A DNA stretch of 64,000 nt from Polyangiales bacterium (lineage in GTDB: Bacteria > Myxococcota_A > Polyangia > Polyangiales > Polyangiaceae). The stretch spans positions 64,001 through 128,000 of the forward strand of contig JBBRNJ010000004.1 in NCBI GenBank assembly GCA_038230375.1, read 5' to 3'. Positions 61,603 to 64,000 of the stretch are shown here, in pieces; position 1 is the first letter of the stretch; every line of letters begins with the position of its first letter. The translations under genes were made by a program, and so were the position numbers. The notes beneath the pieces are model-generated. The model was not told the origin of the DNA, did no database searches, and saw only the letters and a program-made list of their open reading frames with translations.

Positions 61603-62715
61603 CTACGGCTTTCGCTTCTTCGGCAGTGGCTTTGGCGGATCCTTGTCGGGACCGACCAGGCCTAGTTCGTTTGCCATCTCCAGGTTGTCGGCATAGCGCA
61701 CGCCCTTCTGGATACGAAAGTACTTGAGCTGCAGGACGTCAACGAAGTGCGATTGCACGAAGTGGTGTGTGGGGGGGATCTTGAGTGAGCCCAGCGGCAA
61801 CAGCCCCTCGTGCGTTCCCGTCCGCAGACACTCCTTCACCACGACGTCCTCGATCGCCCACACCTTGCAGGCGATCTTCTGGTCCGGGAGCGCCACCGCC
61901 AGCGCTGCGAACGCTCGCACGACCTCCGCCTTGCCGGTCAGCGGCGCCGGCGCGGCGTAGTCGTCCCACATGACGTCGTCGGCGAAGAACTCACTCCAGG
62001 TCTTTTCGTCACGCGCCTCCAGCGCGCGATCGAAGCCCTTGGCCATGTCCGCGTTCTTCACCTCGTCCGGTGAGGACTGGGACGTTCGCACGTCGGGCGT
62101 GCCCGCGGGCTGCAGGAGCACCTCGCGGATCTTGCCCTTGGGTGCGCCCGTCTGCGCGATCACCGTGGGCTCGTTCATCATGTCGTGCTCCTCCCGGATG
62201 AGGCCGTCAGAGGCGAACCACATGAGGCTGACGCCGTTCGCCCCGTAGGGTTTGGCGCCGATCTTCCGGTTGAGCGTGGCGGTGCCGGTTGCGGTCCATT
62301 CCACGATGGCGACGTCGCCCGCAAGGAGGATGCGCCGCGGGCCGTACTTGAGGTCGGGCGTCTCGTCGAAGGCCTTCTGCTCCTCGGCGCGGATCACATC
62401 ACGCCCTTTCCAGTCCGTCATGCCGGGCGCCTTGATCACGGCGTCCGTCGTGAAGAACCCAGCGATGGCGGCGGCGTCATGCGCGTTCTGCGCGTCGAAC
62501 GAGGCCCTGATGTCCACGACGCGCTTGTCGGCCACGTCTCCCGTGAGCGCGGTATCCAGCGGGTTCTCCAGCGTCCCCGCGTCCACATCGCCGCCCGCCA
62601 CGGTGCCTGCGGGCACATCGCCAGGCGAGTGCGCCGGCGTCGTGTTCTCGGCACCACACGCCGCGGCGAAGACGAGCGCCGTGGAGCCATGCAAGATGCG
62701 ACGAGCGAGCTTCAT
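61603..62715 (-). CDS. Lipoprotein with tandem SnoaL/NTF2-like domains
   Basis: Lipobox AAAC; AQNAHDAAAIAGFFTTDA..GRDVI, EWTATGT; second copy FFADDV..GKAEV..GTHEG. Confidence 0.85.
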   Translation of the reverse strand: MKLARRILHGSTALVFAAACGAENTTPAHSPGDVPAGTVAGGDVDAGTLENPLDTALTGDVADKRVVDIRASFDAQNAHDAAAIAGFFTTDAVIKAPGMTDWKGRDVIRAEEQKAFDETPDLKYGPRRILLAGDVAIVEWTATGTATLNRKIGAKPYGANGVSLMWFASDGLIREEHDMMNEPTVIAQTGAPKGKIREVLLQPAGTPDVRTSQSSPDEVKNADMAKGFDRALEARDEKTWSEFFADDVMWDDYAAPAPLTGKAEVVRAFAALAVALPDQKIACKVWAIEDVVVKECLRTGTHEGLLPLGSLKIPPTHHFVQSHFVDVLQLKYFRIQKGVRYADNLEMANELGLVGPDKDPPKPLPKKRKP

Positions 62716-62723
62716 CGGGAACT

Positions 62724-62769
62724 TGTTCAGACTAGCGCATCGACGGCGCCGCGGAGGTAGTCGCGTGCG
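62724..62769 (-). repeat. Copy of the last 46 bp of the acyl-CoA dehydrogenase gene (direct repeat of 63840-63885)
   Basis: 41/46 identical with a 27-bp perfect core; translates ARDYLRGAVDALV*. Confidence 0.9.
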
Positions 62770-62782
62770 GCACGCAAGGCCG

Positions 62783-63754
62783 CTATTTCGTGATCATGTA
62801 CGTGCCGTCGACGTAGTTGCCGACGAACGAGAACGTCACCGAGTAGTCCCCCACGACAGCGATCGATTCGTTGTGCGACTCGAGCTCGAATTCGACGCCG
62901 GCTGGAGACGGAAACTTGGAGAGCAGTGCGGTGGACAGCGTGCCCATGCCCTTGCTCGCCGGAAACCGGCAGGTGGCGGAATAGCTGACAGGGTCGGTCG
63001 ACGTCGTGAAGAAGTTGAGCTGCATGGTACCTGCCGGAATGCCGTTCCATGCAAACACGATGTCCTGGGAGCGATCGATGGCCCCGCAGTCGATGCCGCC
63101 GTCACACGCGGGTGATGTCACGGTGAACGTGGGCACCGCCACCACGCTCAGGTTCGAGAACGCAGGCACCGTGTCGCCCATGGCGCTCACGCTGATCACA
63201 TCGCCGTTCTTCACCGCGACGCCGGCCTCACCAAGGCTCCCCTGATACTGGCCCCCGTCCACGGGATACACCGTCGTGCCCGGGGGAAGCATGCCCCCCT
63301 TGAAGGTCACCGGTCCCGCGCTGACCTTGATGGGCGCGGGTAGCGGCTGAGGTGCAGCGGCGTCCACGGGACTACAGACAACGAGCGTGCAATCGCCCGC
63401 GATCGTCGTCGCGCATGTGCGGCGTGGGTCCGGCCCAGCGTCGACGATCGCGTTGGACTGGAAATCCGCGAACACGCTCCACTGAGTCTGCTGTGGCAGC
63501 ACGTATTGGACGACATCGACGGTGCCGACGTGAGCGGGATTCGCGGGGCCGCCACCCGCATCGCCTGCGGGCCCGGCGTCGGGCTCGCTGCCTCCGCCGT
63601 CGATTTGCCCTGCGGCTTCGTACGCAGCGTCGCCCTGGCCTCCGCGGCCATCACCTCCGCTCGACGAAGAGGAGCACGCTGCGAAGATGCCAACCACCGC
63701 AATGGCGGCGGCGACTGCGCCTCCAACGATCCGGAGAGTTTCGTGACGTGACAT
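62783..63754 (-). CDS. Hypothetical lipoprotein (beta-rich)
   Basis: Lipobox FAAC; DAG linker; VSAGPV, GDTVPAF, IDRSQD..W. Confidence 0.78.
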   Translation of the reverse strand: MSRHETLRIVGGAVAAAIAVVGIFAACSSSSSGGDGRGGQGDAAYEAAGQIDGGGSEPDAGPAGDAGGGPANPAHVGTVDVVQYVLPQQTQWSVFADFQSNAIVDAGPDPRRTCATTIAGDCTLVVCSPVDAAAPQPLPAPIKVSAGPVTFKGGMLPPGTTVYPVDGGQYQGSLGEAGVAVKNGDVISVSAMGDTVPAFSNLSVVAVPTFTVTSPACDGGIDCGAIDRSQDIVFAWNGIPAGTMQLNFFTTSTDPVSYSATCRFPASKGMGTLSTALLSKFPSPAGVEFELESHNESIAVVGDYSVTFSFVGNYVDGTYMITK

Positions 63755-63800
63755 CAGGCTTCCTTCTTCTCACAGCAGTACGGCCGTCGTCTACCATTGC

Positions 63801-63829
63801 AAGACCGCGCGCTCACGCTGCGTGGTCTT
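63801..63829 (-). terminator. Hairpin downstream of acyl-CoA dehydrogenase (possible terminator)
   Basis: AAGACCGCGC...GCGTGGTCTT, 10-bp stem with one imperfect pair; no clear U-tract. Confidence 0.4.
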
Positions 63830-63842
63830 CACGTTCACATGT

Positions 63843-64000
63843 TCAGACCAGCGTCTGCACGGCGCCGCGGAGGTAGTCGCGTGCGATGACCATGGTGTGG
63901 ACCTCGTCCGGGCCGTCGGCGATGCGGGCGGAGCGGGCGAAGCGGTACCACGTGGAGAACGGCATGTCCTCGCTGATGCCCAGGCCGCCGTGCATCTGGA
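63843..64000 (-). CDS. Acyl-CoA dehydrogenase, 3' end (truncated by window edge)
   Basis: Own translation: QMHGGLGISEDMPFSTWYRFARSARIADGPDEVHTMVIARDYLRGAVQTLV*. Confidence 0.9.
   Translation of the reverse strand, partial: QMHGGLGISEDMPFSTWYRFARSARIADGPDEVHTMVIARDYLRGAVQTLV

Noticed and set aside
57099..63885. Integron, prophage or transposon-borne resistance island
   Set aside because: No integrase, transposase, attC-like series or phage genes recognised

Overview
GC-rich window whose gene content (Ser/Thr kinases, a kinase-fused sigma54 activator, many Cys-rich 'DAG'-linker lipoproteins, vWA lipoprotein) points to a myxobacterium, probably Polyangiaceae/Labilithrix-like (inference). It runs from the 3' part of serS to the 3' end of an acyl-CoA dehydrogenase. 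The main feature is a compact biosynthetic cluster: a 16-kb five-module NRPS (half-C-A-T-[C-A-T]x4-R) with a terminal reductase, plus a divergent MFS exporter and PPTase. Its A-domain pockets alternate acidic/hydrophobic, suggesting a cationic pentapeptide aldehyde or imine. Other notable items: a lipoprotein fusing three POTRA-like domains to twin aspartic protease domains and a PDZ; five co-oriented intergenic (NNCGAC)n arrays; six sigma54 -24/-12 motifs, four just downstream of a kinase-TPR-GAF-sigma54 activator gene; a lipoprotein gene bracketed by a duplicated 46-bp gene 3' end; a MITE-like inverted repeat; and a class A beta-lactamase. No rRNA, tRNA, CRISPR, integrase or transposase was recognised. 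All assignments are by-eye motif recognition, not database searches.
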